Shown here piece by piece: positions 10,179 to 21,540 of a stretch of 64,000 bases of DNA; positions within the stretch are counted from its first letter, which is position 1, and each line of letters starts with the position of its first letter. Origin of the DNA: Candidatus Kerfeldbacteria bacterium (lineage in GTDB: Bacteria > Patescibacteriota > Patescibacteriia > UBA9570 > XYC2-FULL-38-9); NCBI GenBank assembly GCA_016182555.1, contig JACPGJ010000004.1:78751-142750 (forward strand). Direction: 5' to 3'. Both the position numbers and the translations under genes were made by a program. The notes under the pieces are model-generated. The model had not been told where the DNA came from. It saw only the letters and a list, made by a program, of their open reading frames with translations, and did no database searches.

Positions 10179-11684
10179 TTATTCAGCAACGCCAATGGTC
10201 ATTTCCGCACCTCCAATAATATTACGTGAACGAATTTTGTTTTTGCCCACTCCATACGCCACACGTCGACCCACTTGAATAGTAAATGTATCACCATCTA
10301 ATTTTTCCTGAGCCGCAGCATATGTTAATACTATAGCCTCTTTTGTTTCCACAATAGTTTGATCCACTTTTTCTCCATCGACGTACAAAATAAATGCATC
10401 ACCAATTTGTACATTATTTTTTGGAATACGCAATTCAAATTTTTCTCCAGCATTGATCATAGCATCAGCCGACGATGCGGTCGTGGATTCTAGTGATGAT
10501 CCCAGTTCGTCATTTTCTTCAATGATGTCATTTTCAATATCTGTTGTATCTGGTGAAAATGCTAAACCGTTTTCCAATAACAACACATAAATGTTACTCG
10601 GGTCAGCCTTTGTGCCGAATAATTGGACGGTGAATTGTTTATGGGCCCCTTGAATGGTTCTGTTGATGACACTCACTACTTCAGCATTAATGAGTGATGT
10701 GCTACCAAGACTGGGGTCTACGAGGTCAAAAACATTGAATTGTGGGTCCATCGCTTTAATATTGGTTCCTTCATCACCATTGGCCGTATACATGATTAAA
10801 TAATTCGTACCATCAATCTCTCTGCTGAGTTGCATTTTGTTCAGAATTTTATTTTGTTTACCAAAATCGTAAATATTGTTCCATTCGGTATTTGATCCGT
10901 CGTATTGAAAGAGCGATGCACCATTTTGCATATCTTGATTACCCACAAATAATTCATTATTGAACCATTCAATAGATGGTAAGTTTGGATTCGTTTCATC
11001 ATCCGCATTCATATTTTCCAAATACTGTTCACCGATGACCGTATAGGAAGAGCCATCAAAAAAAGTGACTTCGCCGCTGGTAAAAGAGAGTGCGATAGCA
11101 CCATTACGTTCTTTAGATGCTTCGAGTGGCGCTCCGGTCGGTTGGTTTTGTGCATTGGTGACATCTGTACATGTCCCTGTGGCATCACATTCCGTGTATC
11201 CCCCTTGAAAAAACATATAGAGCTTGTCATTGAGCACGGCGGAGGTTGGATACCCCGCATTGTCTCCAGTAGAATGCGTATGAATCAATGACACCGATTT
11301 TTTACCAGTGAGTATAAAAATTTGTCCGCCTTGATCGCATGTTCCACCAATATACATATCATCATTGTATAATTGCACACTATGGCGCCCCACTTGAGTA
11401 CAACCATAGCTGCTGAGTGGATTACTCTGGACTTGTTTCCATTTCAGCCCAAGTGGTCCGGAAATCCACCATTCCGCACCAACATCATTTGTGGTCATCG
11501 CAATAAAACCCGGTTGGTTTGGAAAATAGGTTACTACAGATTCAGTATTAGATCCTGTATTTGGTGTAAGATGTGCTGCTTTATATAATGCACCATAGAC
11601 AGATGTAGCCATCACTGGCGTGCTGCTTGAAAGCCAAATGAATGTACTGACAATCAAAGTAAATATAAACGTTTTTTTCAACAT
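10179..11684 (-). CDS. Secreted hypothetical protein (501 aa) with a signal peptide
   Basis: MLKKTFIFTLIVSTFIWLSSSTPVMA signal peptide. No enzyme motifs recognised. Confidence 0.5.
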   Translation of the reverse strand: MLKKTFIFTLIVSTFIWLSSSTPVMATSVYGALYKAAHLTPNTGSNTESVVTYFPNQPGFIAMTTNDVGAEWWISGPLGLKWKQVQSNPLSSYGCTQVGRHSVQLYNDDMYIGGTCDQGGQIFILTGKKSVSLIHTHSTGDNAGYPTSAVLNDKLYMFFQGGYTECDATGTCTDVTNAQNQPTGAPLEASKERNGAIALSFTSGEVTFFDGSSYTVIGEQYLENMNADDETNPNLPSIEWFNNELFVGNQDMQNGASLFQYDGSNTEWNNIYDFGKQNKILNKMQLSREIDGTNYLIMYTANGDEGTNIKAMDPQFNVFDLVDPSLGSTSLINAEVVSVINRTIQGAHKQFTVQLFGTKADPSNIYVLLLENGLAFSPDTTDIENDIIEENDELGSSLESTTASSADAMINAGEKFELRIPKNNVQIGDAFILYVDGEKVDQTIVETKEAIVLTYAAAQEKLDGDTFTIQVGRRVAYGVGKNKIRSRNIIGGAEMTIGVAE

Positions 11685-11778
11685 AACAATGAAATTAATA
11701 ATTTTTCAATTCTCTTTATTCAATAATATACACTATTTTTTATATAGGAGCAATAGCGATTTCGCTGAATGTAAAACT

Positions 11779-11868
11779 TGGCGGAGAGGGAGGGATTCGA
11801 ACCCTCGAGACCGTTTCGGGCCTAGTCGCTTTCGAAACGACCGCACTCGACCACTATGCGACCTCTCC
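11779..11868 (-). tRNA. tRNA-Ser (anticodon CGA), long variable arm, encoded CCA
   Basis: Reverse complement folds as acceptor GGAGAGG/CCTCTCC, anticodon stem GTCGT/GCGAC with loop TTCGAAA, T-arm GAGGGTTCGAATCCCTC, and 3' CCA. Confidence 0.8.
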
Positions 11869-11950
11869 AAATGTAAAATACGCTTACTGAGCGTACCGAA
11901 AAAAGTCACGGTTGGCAAGACAATGGCAACAGCAAGCAAGCCAGTATCAG

Positions 11951-13201
11951 CTAAAATAACGCGTGCTGTTTTGGTTGGAACGTTGCTCGCTCCGCTTCAG
12001 TAAATACATGCACGGTTCCGAACACGCCATCATATCCCGGATTGATGTGCAGTTTACCAGCACGCACTCGCAAAATCGCTTCGGCCACAATCGGCTGTGC
12101 AACACGCTCCAGCTCCGCGCGTGAAGCATCTAATAACACATGAAATTCATTACCAAGGCTATCAATAATTTTTTGAAATTCGGTGTGTACTTTTTTTGAC
12201 GCAACACCAACACCAAAACTATCGGCAATAATTTCCGGCAACGGCACAATACTGTTGAACGGAATTTTTGTACGCGGCGCTGCCTGTATAGTTTGGTCGG
12301 CTAATACTTCAACCCGATTCATCACACCAACGACTAATGGCAAGCCACATTTTGGACACACTCCTTTATGTTTTGCTGTTTGTTGTGGGGTGAATTGAAT
12401 ATGGCAAGCACGGTGGCCATCCAAATGATACTTTCCTTCCTCAGGGTAGAATTCAATAGTGTATGCTATATCCGTTTGATTTTTTATTGATTGATATAAT
12501 GCATGATATGTACGTGTTGCCCAATCAAAGACCGTCGCCTCACGACCGATTTTTTCTGGAGAATGCGCATCTGAATTTGAAAGAATCGTCACGTTGTTCA
12601 GCGCAGACACTCGCCAATTCATTTCTGGGTCAGATGATAAACCTGTTTCAATGCCATAAATATACGGCGTCATCTCTTCAAAACATTCTTCCAAAGAATC
12701 AAAACCAGACTTTGAGCCAAACACCGCAAACCACGGCGTCCAAATATGCGCAGGAATAATCAGCGCATCAGGGTCGGCATCCAGATAAATTTTCGCTAGT
12801 TCTTTTACATCCATTCCTACAATGGGACGACCATCGTACGCTAAATTAAAACCCGCATCAGTCAACCGTTTGTTTACTTGCCGAGCCGCGGCAATTGAGG
12901 AAACGCCGAATAATGTATGCACCCGACGACCACGCCCATGTTTCGTATACACACTCGCAATCTCGCCAAACAACGTAAACAGCACGGAAGAAGAACCATC
13001 ACGTAAACGAAAAAAACCAGAACCATCTTCTTCCAAATCACGTTCAATCTCATTCATCCATTTCGGATGAGTAATATCTCCGGTCGCGATGACATCCACT
13101 CCTTTTATGGCCGCATATTTTGCAATACCTGCTATGGTCAACTTTTTCGACGTTGCCCGCGAATAGTAGGAATGTATATGTAAATCGACAATCGTACGCA
13201 T
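11951..13201 (-). CDS. PHP-domain nuclease, EndoQ-like (TIGR00375-type), with C-terminal zinc ribbon
   Basis: N-terminal DLHIHSYYSRATS PHP signature. C-terminal C/H...CPKC zinc ribbon. About 416 aa, as for endonuclease Q. Confidence 0.5.
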   Translation of the reverse strand: MRTIVDLHIHSYYSRATSKKLTIAGIAKYAAIKGVDVIATGDITHPKWMNEIERDLEEDGSGFFRLRDGSSSVLFTLFGEIASVYTKHGRGRRVHTLFGVSSIAAARQVNKRLTDAGFNLAYDGRPIVGMDVKELAKIYLDADPDALIIPAHIWTPWFAVFGSKSGFDSLEECFEEMTPYIYGIETGLSSDPEMNWRVSALNNVTILSNSDAHSPEKIGREATVFDWATRTYHALYQSIKNQTDIAYTIEFYPEEGKYHLDGHRACHIQFTPQQTAKHKGVCPKCGLPLVVGVMNRVEVLADQTIQAAPRTKIPFNSIVPLPEIIADSFGVGVASKKVHTEFQKIIDSLGNEFHVLLDASRAELERVAQPIVAEAILRVRAGKLHINPGYDGVFGTVHVFTEAERATFQPKQHALF

Positions 13202-13240
13202 GAAAACAGTTTCTCATGCTTGCTCCCACTGGTCAACTCG

Positions 13241-14686
13241 TCATTTTTTACGTTGTTTCTTTTTTGTGGTCAATGTCACGGGTTCAGAAAATTTGGTTAA
13301 TTCATCGTTAATATAATGCGCACGTAGCTGTACTGTGTATGTATGTTGCGGGCGCATATTTCGCACAATACTTGCTGTAGTGGTATTTGGAATATTGCGT
13401 AATCTGCGAAACAGCTTCCCATTCTTTTTCTTTATTTGCAAGATATATGCAGATACAAAATCATCACTATTCCAACGAATAGTCGCTCGACGCGCCATGA
13501 TCTTCTTTTTAGGAACATGTGGTCGCGTATATTGTTGCTCTGAAATTCGCTGTGCATCTGTGGTTACTGTTGTGGATGACTGCGCCTCGGTTTCACACAC
13601 TGCTGTGGCAGCGATCACTTGTACAATATATTCCATATTCGTATCAAGATTCGTAATCAAATATTCCGTTTCTGGAAAAACAGATATCGTTTCTACCGTT
13701 GTTTCATCAACACTCTTCCACCATGATAGCGTATATGTCGTCGCACTATTCACTGCATCCCATTCCACAGCGATATTTGTTCCAAAAACATTCGCTGTCA
13801 GCCCATCAATAGTTTTTGTGGAACAATCAATACCATCCGTGATTTCAAATACAGCAGATGCCATATAATCCATATCGATACTAACGACAGGCGATGTCGA
13901 GATAGCAGCAACATAATTCCCTTCATCACCGGGGTTCAACACTCCTGATATCACCAAACGAACAGGGCCCGCTGGTATACTATTACTGATATGAATATGA
14001 CCAACAGTGCCATTCTGCTCAGGAATAAATTCCGCCCCTTCCATGATACCAAAATCAACAGTGACATTGGTCAAATCTATTCCCGATGCGGTCGGATTTG
14101 TATTGCCTTCTGGCAGAAGATAGAACCAGATGGTATCTTCTTGGCGAAGTTCTTCTGCTGTCACAAAATCAACTGTATAGGTGACGGGGGCATTATCTGC
14201 GTTGCGCGGAAGATAGGAAGAAGCAGAAAAATCAACGGACAAAATTCGATCATCGTTGACAGCACGTGTCTCTTGTTGGGTGAAAACCATAGCATTCACA
14301 AATGTTGCGCCGACAAGTACAAACGTGGTAGCAATGCCACTTAATCGTAAACCACGGGACCATGAACGATGGTGTGTATACGAATACGTGTAACCACTTT
14401 TCGAGGATGGTTGATGAAAATATTCAAAACTCTGTGCTGGCGATAATACCAACACCGCAAGAGAAAAACAACAAGCATAGATGACATAAAGAAAAAACAG
14501 TTCGATACTTAAAAATAAACGATGCAATGGAAAATGAGCGTGAACAATAGCCTGTTCACTATCAATAATATGGGCATAGACAAACTGCCGCAGAACAATA
14601 AAACCATGAATAATCCTCGACCTCCTCATGGAGTATAGTATATCATAGAGAACAGAAATATATGTACATCTTTCGTTCACTCGCAC
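13241..14686 (-). CDS. Membrane-anchored extracytoplasmic protein with fibronectin-III-like repeats and a short lysine-rich C-terminus
   Basis: TM anchor IATTFVLVGATFV followed by beta-rich repeats and the ending TTKKKQRKK. True start is probably internal (the ORF overlaps the divergent neighbour). Confidence 0.4.
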   Translation of the reverse strand: MRVNERCTYISVLYDILYSMRRSRIIHGFIVLRQFVYAHIIDSEQAIVHAHFPLHRLFLSIELFFLYVIYACCFSLAVLVLSPAQSFEYFHQPSSKSGYTYSYTHHRSWSRGLRLSGIATTFVLVGATFVNAMVFTQQETRAVNDDRILSVDFSASSYLPRNADNAPVTYTVDFVTAEELRQEDTIWFYLLPEGNTNPTASGIDLTNVTVDFGIMEGAEFIPEQNGTVGHIHISNSIPAGPVRLVISGVLNPGDEGNYVAAISTSPVVSIDMDYMASAVFEITDGIDCSTKTIDGLTANVFGTNIAVEWDAVNSATTYTLSWWKSVDETTVETISVFPETEYLITNLDTNMEYIVQVIAATAVCETEAQSSTTVTTDAQRISEQQYTRPHVPKKKIMARRATIRWNSDDFVSAYILQIKKKNGKLFRRLRNIPNTTTASIVRNMRPQHTYTVQLRAHYINDELTKFSEPVTLTTKKKQRKK

Positions 14687-15813
14687 GCGATTCTGCGTTA
14701 CACAAATTACTGTGGGTATGTTTTAGCATCAAATTATTGCACGTGCTCCTGATTATTGTTGTCTATTACTCGTTCGGTATATGGGAACTCGCACGGTCGT
14801 CCAATTTCCTTGCACAGCCTGATGAACTCCGTTCGTTATTGAGCGCATTCACCACCTGGGATGCTCAACACTATATTTTCCTGGCGCAACATTGGTATGC
14901 CCCTGCCCAGCAAAGCAATGCATTCTATCCACTCTTTCCATTGCTCATACGAATGATCACCTTCATTTTTCCACACGTTGCGTTGAATGGTATAGTACTG
15001 GCGAATCTTTTTTCCTGCGTGGCTGTCGTGTTATTCTATTTTTTTGTTCGGAAAATTTATGGAGAAAAAACCGCATTCCGTGCGACCGTGCTGCTGATGA
15101 CATTTCCGATGACCTATTATTTCAGCCTTCCCTATGTGGAGTCACTGTTTTTAACATGCATACTCTTCACATTCATTGGTATCTATACGCACCGGCTGGG
15201 ATTCATCATTTGTGCAGCACTCCTGTTACCATTGGCAAAGCCGCAAGGAATAATTGCTGCGATCCCCATTCTCTATGGTGTATGGGTGCAGTGGAAAGGA
15301 TATGGCCGACCACGATATATCGCCCTGCTACTCACGTTCATTGCATTTCTCATCTCTGCGGCAACATATTTTTTTCTCATGCACGTATTTGCCGGCTCAG
15401 CGTTGGCAGGGTTTGCAGCGCAACAATATTTTGATACCAATTATTCCGTAAACAATCTTTTACACCCACTGGCCTGGCTCCACCGTAATATATTCAACTT
15501 ACACCTCACTATCTATTTAGATCCAAACAACAGTGTGAGCAACCGCATATTCTTTTTCTGTTTTTTAACCTTGGTGTATGGCGCTGCTCGCTATACAGAC
15601 AAGATACAAACGTTCTATCTAGCATTCCTTGGTTGCTTTGCTGCGTTCACTGGCGACCTCGCCTCTTTCCCACGATATCTGCTTGTCTTATTCCCCATCT
15701 ATATTGTCCTAGCTCAACGCTACGAAAAAAAATATTGGGTGGTGGCGAGCACAATGTTCGTGTTGCAGCTGCTGTATCTCACGCTGCACAGCATGAATTT
15801 TTGGGTGGCATAA
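14662..15813 (+). CDS. Polytopic membrane protein, possible GT-C-fold glycosyl/mannosyltransferase
   Basis: About 10 predicted TM helices, with a conserved acidic loop near the N-terminus (TWDAQHY). Confidence 0.35.
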   Translation: MYIFRSLARDSALHKLLWVCFSIKLLHVLLIIVVYYSFGIWELARSSNFLAQPDELRSLLSAFTTWDAQHYIFLAQHWYAPAQQSNAFYPLFPLLIRMITFIFPHVALNGIVLANLFSCVAVVLFYFFVRKIYGEKTAFRATVLLMTFPMTYYFSLPYVESLFLTCILFTFIGIYTHRLGFIICAALLLPLAKPQGIIAAIPILYGVWVQWKGYGRPRYIALLLTFIAFLISAATYFFLMHVFAGSALAGFAAQQYFDTNYSVNNLLHPLAWLHRNIFNLHLTIYLDPNNSVSNRIFFFCFLTLVYGAARYTDKIQTFYLAFLGCFAAFTGDLASFPRYLLVLFPIYIVLAQRYEKKYWVVASTMFVLQLLYLTLHSMNFWVA

Positions 15814-15872
15814 GTGGCATAAAATGTGAGTAGCTTTGCCGCAGATGCAATAGCAGAAACATTCACCAAATG

Positions 15873-15898
15873 AAAAACCCTTCCGAAAAGGAAGGGTT
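15873..15898 (-). terminator. Rho-independent terminator downstream of 5S rRNA
   Basis: Hairpin CCCTTCC-GAAAA-GGAAGGG followed by a U-run in the - sense, immediately 3' of the 5S gene. Confidence 0.55.
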
Positions 15899-15904
15899 GA
15901 TCAT

Positions 15905-16013
15905 AAACTGGCAGCGACCTACTTTCACCCGAAAGCTATCATCGGCGCTAAAGAGCTTAACTGCTGTGTTCGGAATGGGAACAGGTGTGACCTCTTTGCT
16001 AGAACCACCAGAA
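15905..16013 (-). rRNA. rrf: 5S rRNA
   Basis: Reverse complement contains CCTGTTCCCATTCCGAACACAGCAGTTAAGC...GCCGATGATAGC...AGTAGGTCGCTGCCAG. Confidence 0.8.
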
Positions 16014-16388
16014 ATTCGGCGGCGTACAACATAAAATATGTTTTCACGTAGCGCGCACCGAGTTTCTGGTGGCTCTTATTTTGCTGCCAGTAACACTGTT
16101 GGTTGTACAAGAACGAATACGGTGCCAATGACGATGGTCAATGTGAGAAAGAGTCCCACAAATTTCCATGCCACGGCGTACGTTTTCAATGTCTTCATAC
16201 GGACAAGTAAAAATATTCTCTAAAACAAATACGGTGTAGTAGTACAGTATACATCAATTTTCGCCAAACGCAAGTGATACCCACTACGCGTCGGGAATAT
16301 GCTATTAGTACTCCTCAGCTTCACCCCTTGCGGGGCTTCTACTTGGAGCCTATCAACCTGGTCGTCTTCCAGGAGCTTACGAAATCTA

Positions 16389-16433
<45 letters not shown>

Positions 16434-16564
16434 AACCGAAGGTCGCTACCCGGCAATGCAGCTGGTGCTACAACCGGTACACGAGAGCTTCGTCCTTTTC
16501 GGTCCTCTCGTACTAGAAAAGGATCCCCTCAAATTTCAACGCCCGCAACGGATAGGAGACCGAC

Positions 16565-17331
16565 ATTCTGTTACTTTGCTAACCACATCAAGTACGGTGA
16601 GTGCGCGGTGGTGGATTGATGCGAATCAATCTCTGCATGTCGCCATGCAGTTCGGACTATATCTTTATCGCAGTTATTACTGCGACGTTTCGCGTATAGT
16701 CTCTGAGGATTCTACGATACGTATCAGATCTTGTTGCGCAACCTTTCTTCGCTTACCAGAGTCGTTCATCTGATACGCTGTTGTGATAATGCCTTTTGCA
16801 CCAACACCAGTTTGGTGTTTCCCTTCATTCATCATGTGCACTACTTTTGCAAAGAATTGAAAATCCTTAGCTTTCATAGTACGTAATGAATACTGTTGAA
16901 AGAATGGAATGATGCGTTTGAGCAAATCATCACGATTGCGGACAACATACACGTATGTATGATCTGTTTTGCTTCCACGATGGTTGACTTTGATATATCC
17001 GCATTGAAAAAATTGTTGCAATTCTTCCAATACGATTTTTGATGGGGAATTTTGTGATACATGAAATTCCGGTATCACTTTCAATTGTGTTTTCATCCGT
17101 TCATCTTTATACAAAGCGATATGAAAACTTCCTTCTCCATCTACCAAACCAACGATATACCATGGATGCGGTAATCGTAGCCTTTCCTGCTGGTTGTCTG
17201 CACTCAACACATTTTCACTTGCCATAATTGAATTATAGCAGAGTAGTGTGAGATTCACGAGTCCTCTATTTCTCCAATAGGACTCTTCAGAGTTTCCAGC
17301 ATATAGCGAAATTTATAGACAGCACAAATCT
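16565..17331 (-). mobile_element. Putative group I intron in 23S domain V (near E. coli L2593) carrying a homing endonuclease ORF
   Basis: The conserved exon block GATAGGGACCGAACTGTCTCACGACG is split by about 767 bp. The flanks rejoin into canonical 23S sequence. Confidence 0.7.
16677..17258 (-). CDS. LAGLIDADG homing endonuclease (intron-encoded)
   Basis: YIVGLVDGEGSFHI motif. The ORF lies wholly inside the intron on the rRNA strand. Confidence 0.8.
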   Translation of the reverse strand: MNLTLLCYNSIMASENVLSADNQQERLRLPHPWYIVGLVDGEGSFHIALYKDERMKTQLKVIPEFHVSQNSPSKIVLEELQQFFQCGYIKVNHRGSKTDHTYVYVVRNRDDLLKRIIPFFQQYSLRTMKAKDFQFFAKVVHMMNEGKHQTGVGAKGIITTAYQMNDSGKRRKVAQQDLIRIVESSETIRETSQ

Positions 17332-17375
<44 letters not shown>

Positions 17376-17953
17376 TGGCGAACAGCCAAACCCTTGGGAG
17401 CTGCTTCACCCCCAGGATGCGACGGGCCGACATCGAGGTGCCGAACCTGGTCGTCTATGTGAGCTATTGGACCAGACTAGCCTGTTATCCCCGGAGTAAC
17501 TTTTATCCGATGAGCTTCCGCCGTCCTATTTCGTACGGTCGGATCACTAAGTCCTACTTTCGTAACTGCGCGACTTGTAGGTCTTGCAGTAAAGCTGGCT
17601 TGTGCCTTTACACTATCGGTTCGATTTCCATCCGAACCTAGCCAACCTTTGTGAACGCCTCCGTTACCTTTTAGGAGGCATCCGCCCCAGACAAACTACC
17701 CACCAGACACTGTCCCCTCGCCGGATTCACGGCTAAAGGTTAGATATATCAATCCGTCAGGGTGGTATCTCACTGGTGACTCTGGAAGCGCCGAAGCGCC
17801 CCTTCAAAGTCTCCCACCTATACTGAGCAAACAAATTCATATACCAATCCCAAGTTGTAGTTAAGCTTCACGGGGTCTTTTCGTCATGCTGCGGGTAGCC
17901 AGCATCTTTACTGGCCCTGGAATTTCGCCGAGTCCCTCGTTGAGACAGTTTTC

Positions 17954-18006
<53 letters not shown>

Positions 18007-18007
18007 C

Positions 18008-18264
18008 AAATATTACATCACATTTTTAATAAAATGTCAATGTCTTCTTTCGAAGCTGCATATCGCTATGCAGATTGGACTATATCTTCTCTAAATAATT
18101 AGAGTTTGGCGTGTAGTCTCTGAGGATTCTTGCTTTCAATCAAGAAAACAAGTCTTTCCTGCTGATTGTCTGCACTCGACGCATTGTCACTGATATAAAT
18201 CAGTAGCGCGAGATACACAGATATTCCAGCATATAGCCAAATTTTACTAAGGCAGCATTTTTCC
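18008..18264 (-). mobile_element. Putative ORF-less group I intron at 23S L1931-like site
   Basis: Interrupts GGAATTTCGCT|ACCTTAGGAC. Shares conserved core elements with the other two introns (CTGCATATCGCTATGCAGxTxGGACTxTATCTTC and TAGTCTCTGAGGATT). Confidence 0.55.
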
Positions 18265-18274
18265 ACCTTAGGAC

Positions 18275-19039
18275 GATTCGTATTGTTACTCTTTTGAGGA
18301 GTCTCCGCATAGTACTACGGAACTGCATATCGCTATGCAGGTCGGACTCTATCTTCTTCGTTCTCTTCTTTATGAAGAGCGATGTCTAACGTATTAGTCT
18401 CTGAGGATTTTCTTGGCAGAACTGTTCATAGTCCTGTAATGCATATTTCCGTGTTCTTCCTTTCCCTTCATTTAGCTTTTCTCGTAATTCCATAATCTGC
18501 TGCAAACCATCACGCTCAAGATGTCTCTTATTCGTAACGAGTTGTGCAATTTGTTTGAAGATCATGAAATTTCGTTGTTTTTTCTGAGAACAAAAAGTAA
18601 ATCGTTCAAAAAAAGGAATGACCCTTTCCGTGATCGAACGCGGATTCACAACGACGTAATAATATACGCCGTCTTTTCTTGATTGAAGACGCCCACACCC
18701 GAGCAATTTTTTAAATTGCGCAAGAATGTATTCTTCCTTTTGAGAAACATTAAAACATAATTCTGTTTGCCAACCTATTTGATGATCTGGTCGTTTACGT
18801 ATGGATACGTTAAAACTTCCTTCACCATCAGTAAAGCCTGCAAAATAATGTCCCTTCTCTGGAGGAATGGTCTTCAACCATTCTTCTATTGTTGGTTGCA
18901 TATGTTCAAGAATCTTTCCTGCGGATTGTCTGCTGCTCTGGCATAGAGCTGATCATTGATTTTTACTGCCGTTTCAAACGACGAGTACAACGATATTAAG
19001 CAGAGTTTCCCGCAAATAGTTAGATTTTATAACTACAAT
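18275..19039 (-). mobile_element. Putative group I intron at 23S L1921/1923-like site (helix 69/71 junction) carrying a homing endonuclease ORF
   Basis: Splits GGAC|CGTTTTTATAGTTATCGCC (E. coli GGACCGTTATAGTTACGGCC). Separated from the previous intron by an approximately 10-nt exon. Confidence 0.65.
18386..18901 (-). CDS. LAGLIDADG homing endonuclease (intron-encoded)
   Basis: FAGFTDGEGSFNVSI motif. Contained within the intron. Confidence 0.8.
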   Translation of the reverse strand: MQPTIEEWLKTIPPEKGHYFAGFTDGEGSFNVSIRKRPDHQIGWQTELCFNVSQKEEYILAQFKKLLGCGRLQSRKDGVYYYVVVNPRSITERVIPFFERFTFCSQKKQRNFMIFKQIAQLVTNKRHLERDGLQQIMELREKLNEGKGRTRKYALQDYEQFCQENPQRLIR

Positions 19040-20489
19040 CGTTTTTATAGTTATCGCCGGCGTTCATCCGCGCTTCAGTTGCAAGCTTCGCCCCGAAGGG
19101 CTAACCCGCTTCCTTAACGTTCGGACACTGGCCAGGCATCAGCCCCTATACTTCAGCTTACGCTTTCGCAGGGACCTGTGTTTTTGGTAAACAGTCGCTT
19201 GAAATCTTTTACTGCGGCCTTGATTGCTCAAGGCAGGCCTTATCCCGAAGTTACGGCCGTTGTTTTGCCGAGTTCCTAAACGAGGGTTCTCTCGTACGCC
19301 TGAGGATACTCTCCTCGCCCACCTGTGTTGGTTTACGGTACGGTTACCATAGATCACGCGTGCGCACCTTTTCTTGGCCCATTGTCAACCTGTCTTGAGC
19401 TTGGGTTTCCCCGTACTCTTGTCACACTGTTTTGCAACAGCGCAAATGCCCCAGTCCATGAGGGCACACACACCTTCAACATGCGTCAGTACGCACAAAT
19501 CTATGGTAGGGACGGAATATTAACCGTCTGTCCATCGACTACGCCTTTCGGCCTCGCCTTAGGACCGCCTAACCCTAGGTCGATCATCGTTGCCCAGGAA
19601 TCCTTGGGCTTACGGCGTCATTGATTCTCACAATGATTTTTGCTACTCATGCCGACATTTTCGCTTCGCTACGCTCCATCGGCCCTCACGGGTCCAACTT
19701 CATTGCGGTAGCAAATGCTCCTCTACCGATTGTTCATCATAAATGATGAAGCAATCCCACAGCTTCGGTACTCTGTTTAGCCCCGTTACATTTTCGGCGC
19801 AAAGTAACTCGACCAGTGAGCTATTACGCTTTCTTTAAAAGATGGCTGCTTCTAAGCCAACTTCCTGGTTGTTTGAGTCACGATACCACCTTTAACACTT
19901 AACAGAGTTTAGGGACCTTAGCTGGTGATCTGGGCTGTTTCCCTTTTGACGTGTGAAGCTTAGCCCCCACAGTCTGACTTCGATAATAGTCTCTTCCGGC
20001 ATTCGGAGTTTGGTTAGGCAGGATATCTTGCGACTCCAAGCCCATTCAGTGCTCTACCTCCGGAAGGTAGTTTATCAAGCTATCCCAAAAGATATTTCGA
20101 GGAGAACCAGCTATTTCCGAGTTCGATTACAATTTCTGCGCTAACCACAGCTCATCCCCAGGCGTTACACGACCTGTGGGTTCGGGCTTCCCCTACCTGT
20201 TACGGCAGGTTCACCCTGGCCATGGCTAGATCACTCGGTTTCGGGTCTATAACGAACGACAATAATTCTACTCAATACTGGTTTGCGGCAAAGCCGCACC
20301 CAGTATTAAATAGAAAATCGCGCTATTCACACTCGGTTTCCCTATGACTTCTCCCTATGCGGGATTAATCGTGCCGTTCGTAATAACTCGTCGGCTCATT
20401 CTTCAATAGGCACACCGTGACACAGCCTTGCGGCCGTGCTCCGATTTATTGTAAGCACATGGTTTCAAATACTATTTCACTCCCCTTCC

Positions 20490-20532
<43 letters not shown>

Positions 20533-21343
20533 ATCATTATACGTATTTAGCCTTACCGCATAGTCGCGGCAGATTCACATAGGATTTCTCGTGTCCCATG
20601 CTACTTGAGGACAGAAACCATAGAGTAAGTGTGCATTTCATGTACGGGGCTATCACCGTCTTTGGCTAGGCATTCCAGCCTATTCTATTACACACACTTC
20701 TTTTTTCTCTATCTCCGGTAAACCGGAACGTCTCTGCCTCGCAACCCCACAAATGATTTAAAAAATTACTCATGGTTTGGGCTTCTCCCCGTTCGTTCGC
20801 CACTACTAAGGGAATGCAATTGTTGTTTCTTTTCCACCAGGTACTAAGATGTTTCAGTTCCCTGGGTCTACTCCTATACGCCTATGTATTCAGCGCATGG
20901 TTCTGCAGGTGTACTGCAGAGGGTTGCCCCATTCGGATATTCCCGGATCAAAGCTTGCTTGTCAGCTCCCCGAGACTTTTCGCAGACTGCTACGTCCTTC
21001 ATCGTCGTATAATGTCAAGGTATCCACCATATGCTCTTACTTCCCGACGCAAAGTTGATACTCTTGCGTCTAATCATTGTAGTTGTATCAGTATCTTCGC
21101 ACAATTTGGATTCGACGAAATTTTGATGTTGTCCTCTATGCGCAGGATGGGGCATAGAGAACGTCTGTATCTTCTATATATATGGCGCATGGCGTTAATA
21201 TGCCCATATATCAATTGATGTCTTTGAGAATATTCACTTGTCAATGAACAGGTGTGCTGAAACGGTGACTAATACAGTATTTTCAGCACAGATCTACCGC
21301 TCGTTGTTTGCGTGGAGGCAGGTCTGCGATGAAAATGGGGCAC

Positions 21344-21367
21344 AAAAAAACCGCGGCTCAAGCGCGG
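21344..21367 (-). terminator. Intrinsic terminator (- sense) inside the 23S upstream region
   Basis: CCGCGGCTCAAGCGCGG hairpin followed by a run of 7 U in the - sense. Confidence 0.45.
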
Positions 21368-21540
21368 CCCGTACAGAAAACTGGCGGTGGGCTATGCGCT
21401 TGTTTCGTTAAGGGGTAAATTCGTATATGTCATAGAAAATTTCGATCGATTTACACAGGTTTTATGCTTGACTGTGGACAAGATATGGAAAAACCTGCTT
21501 CAAACGCTCGTATCGGTGTTACTTTCTAAAGGTAACAAGA

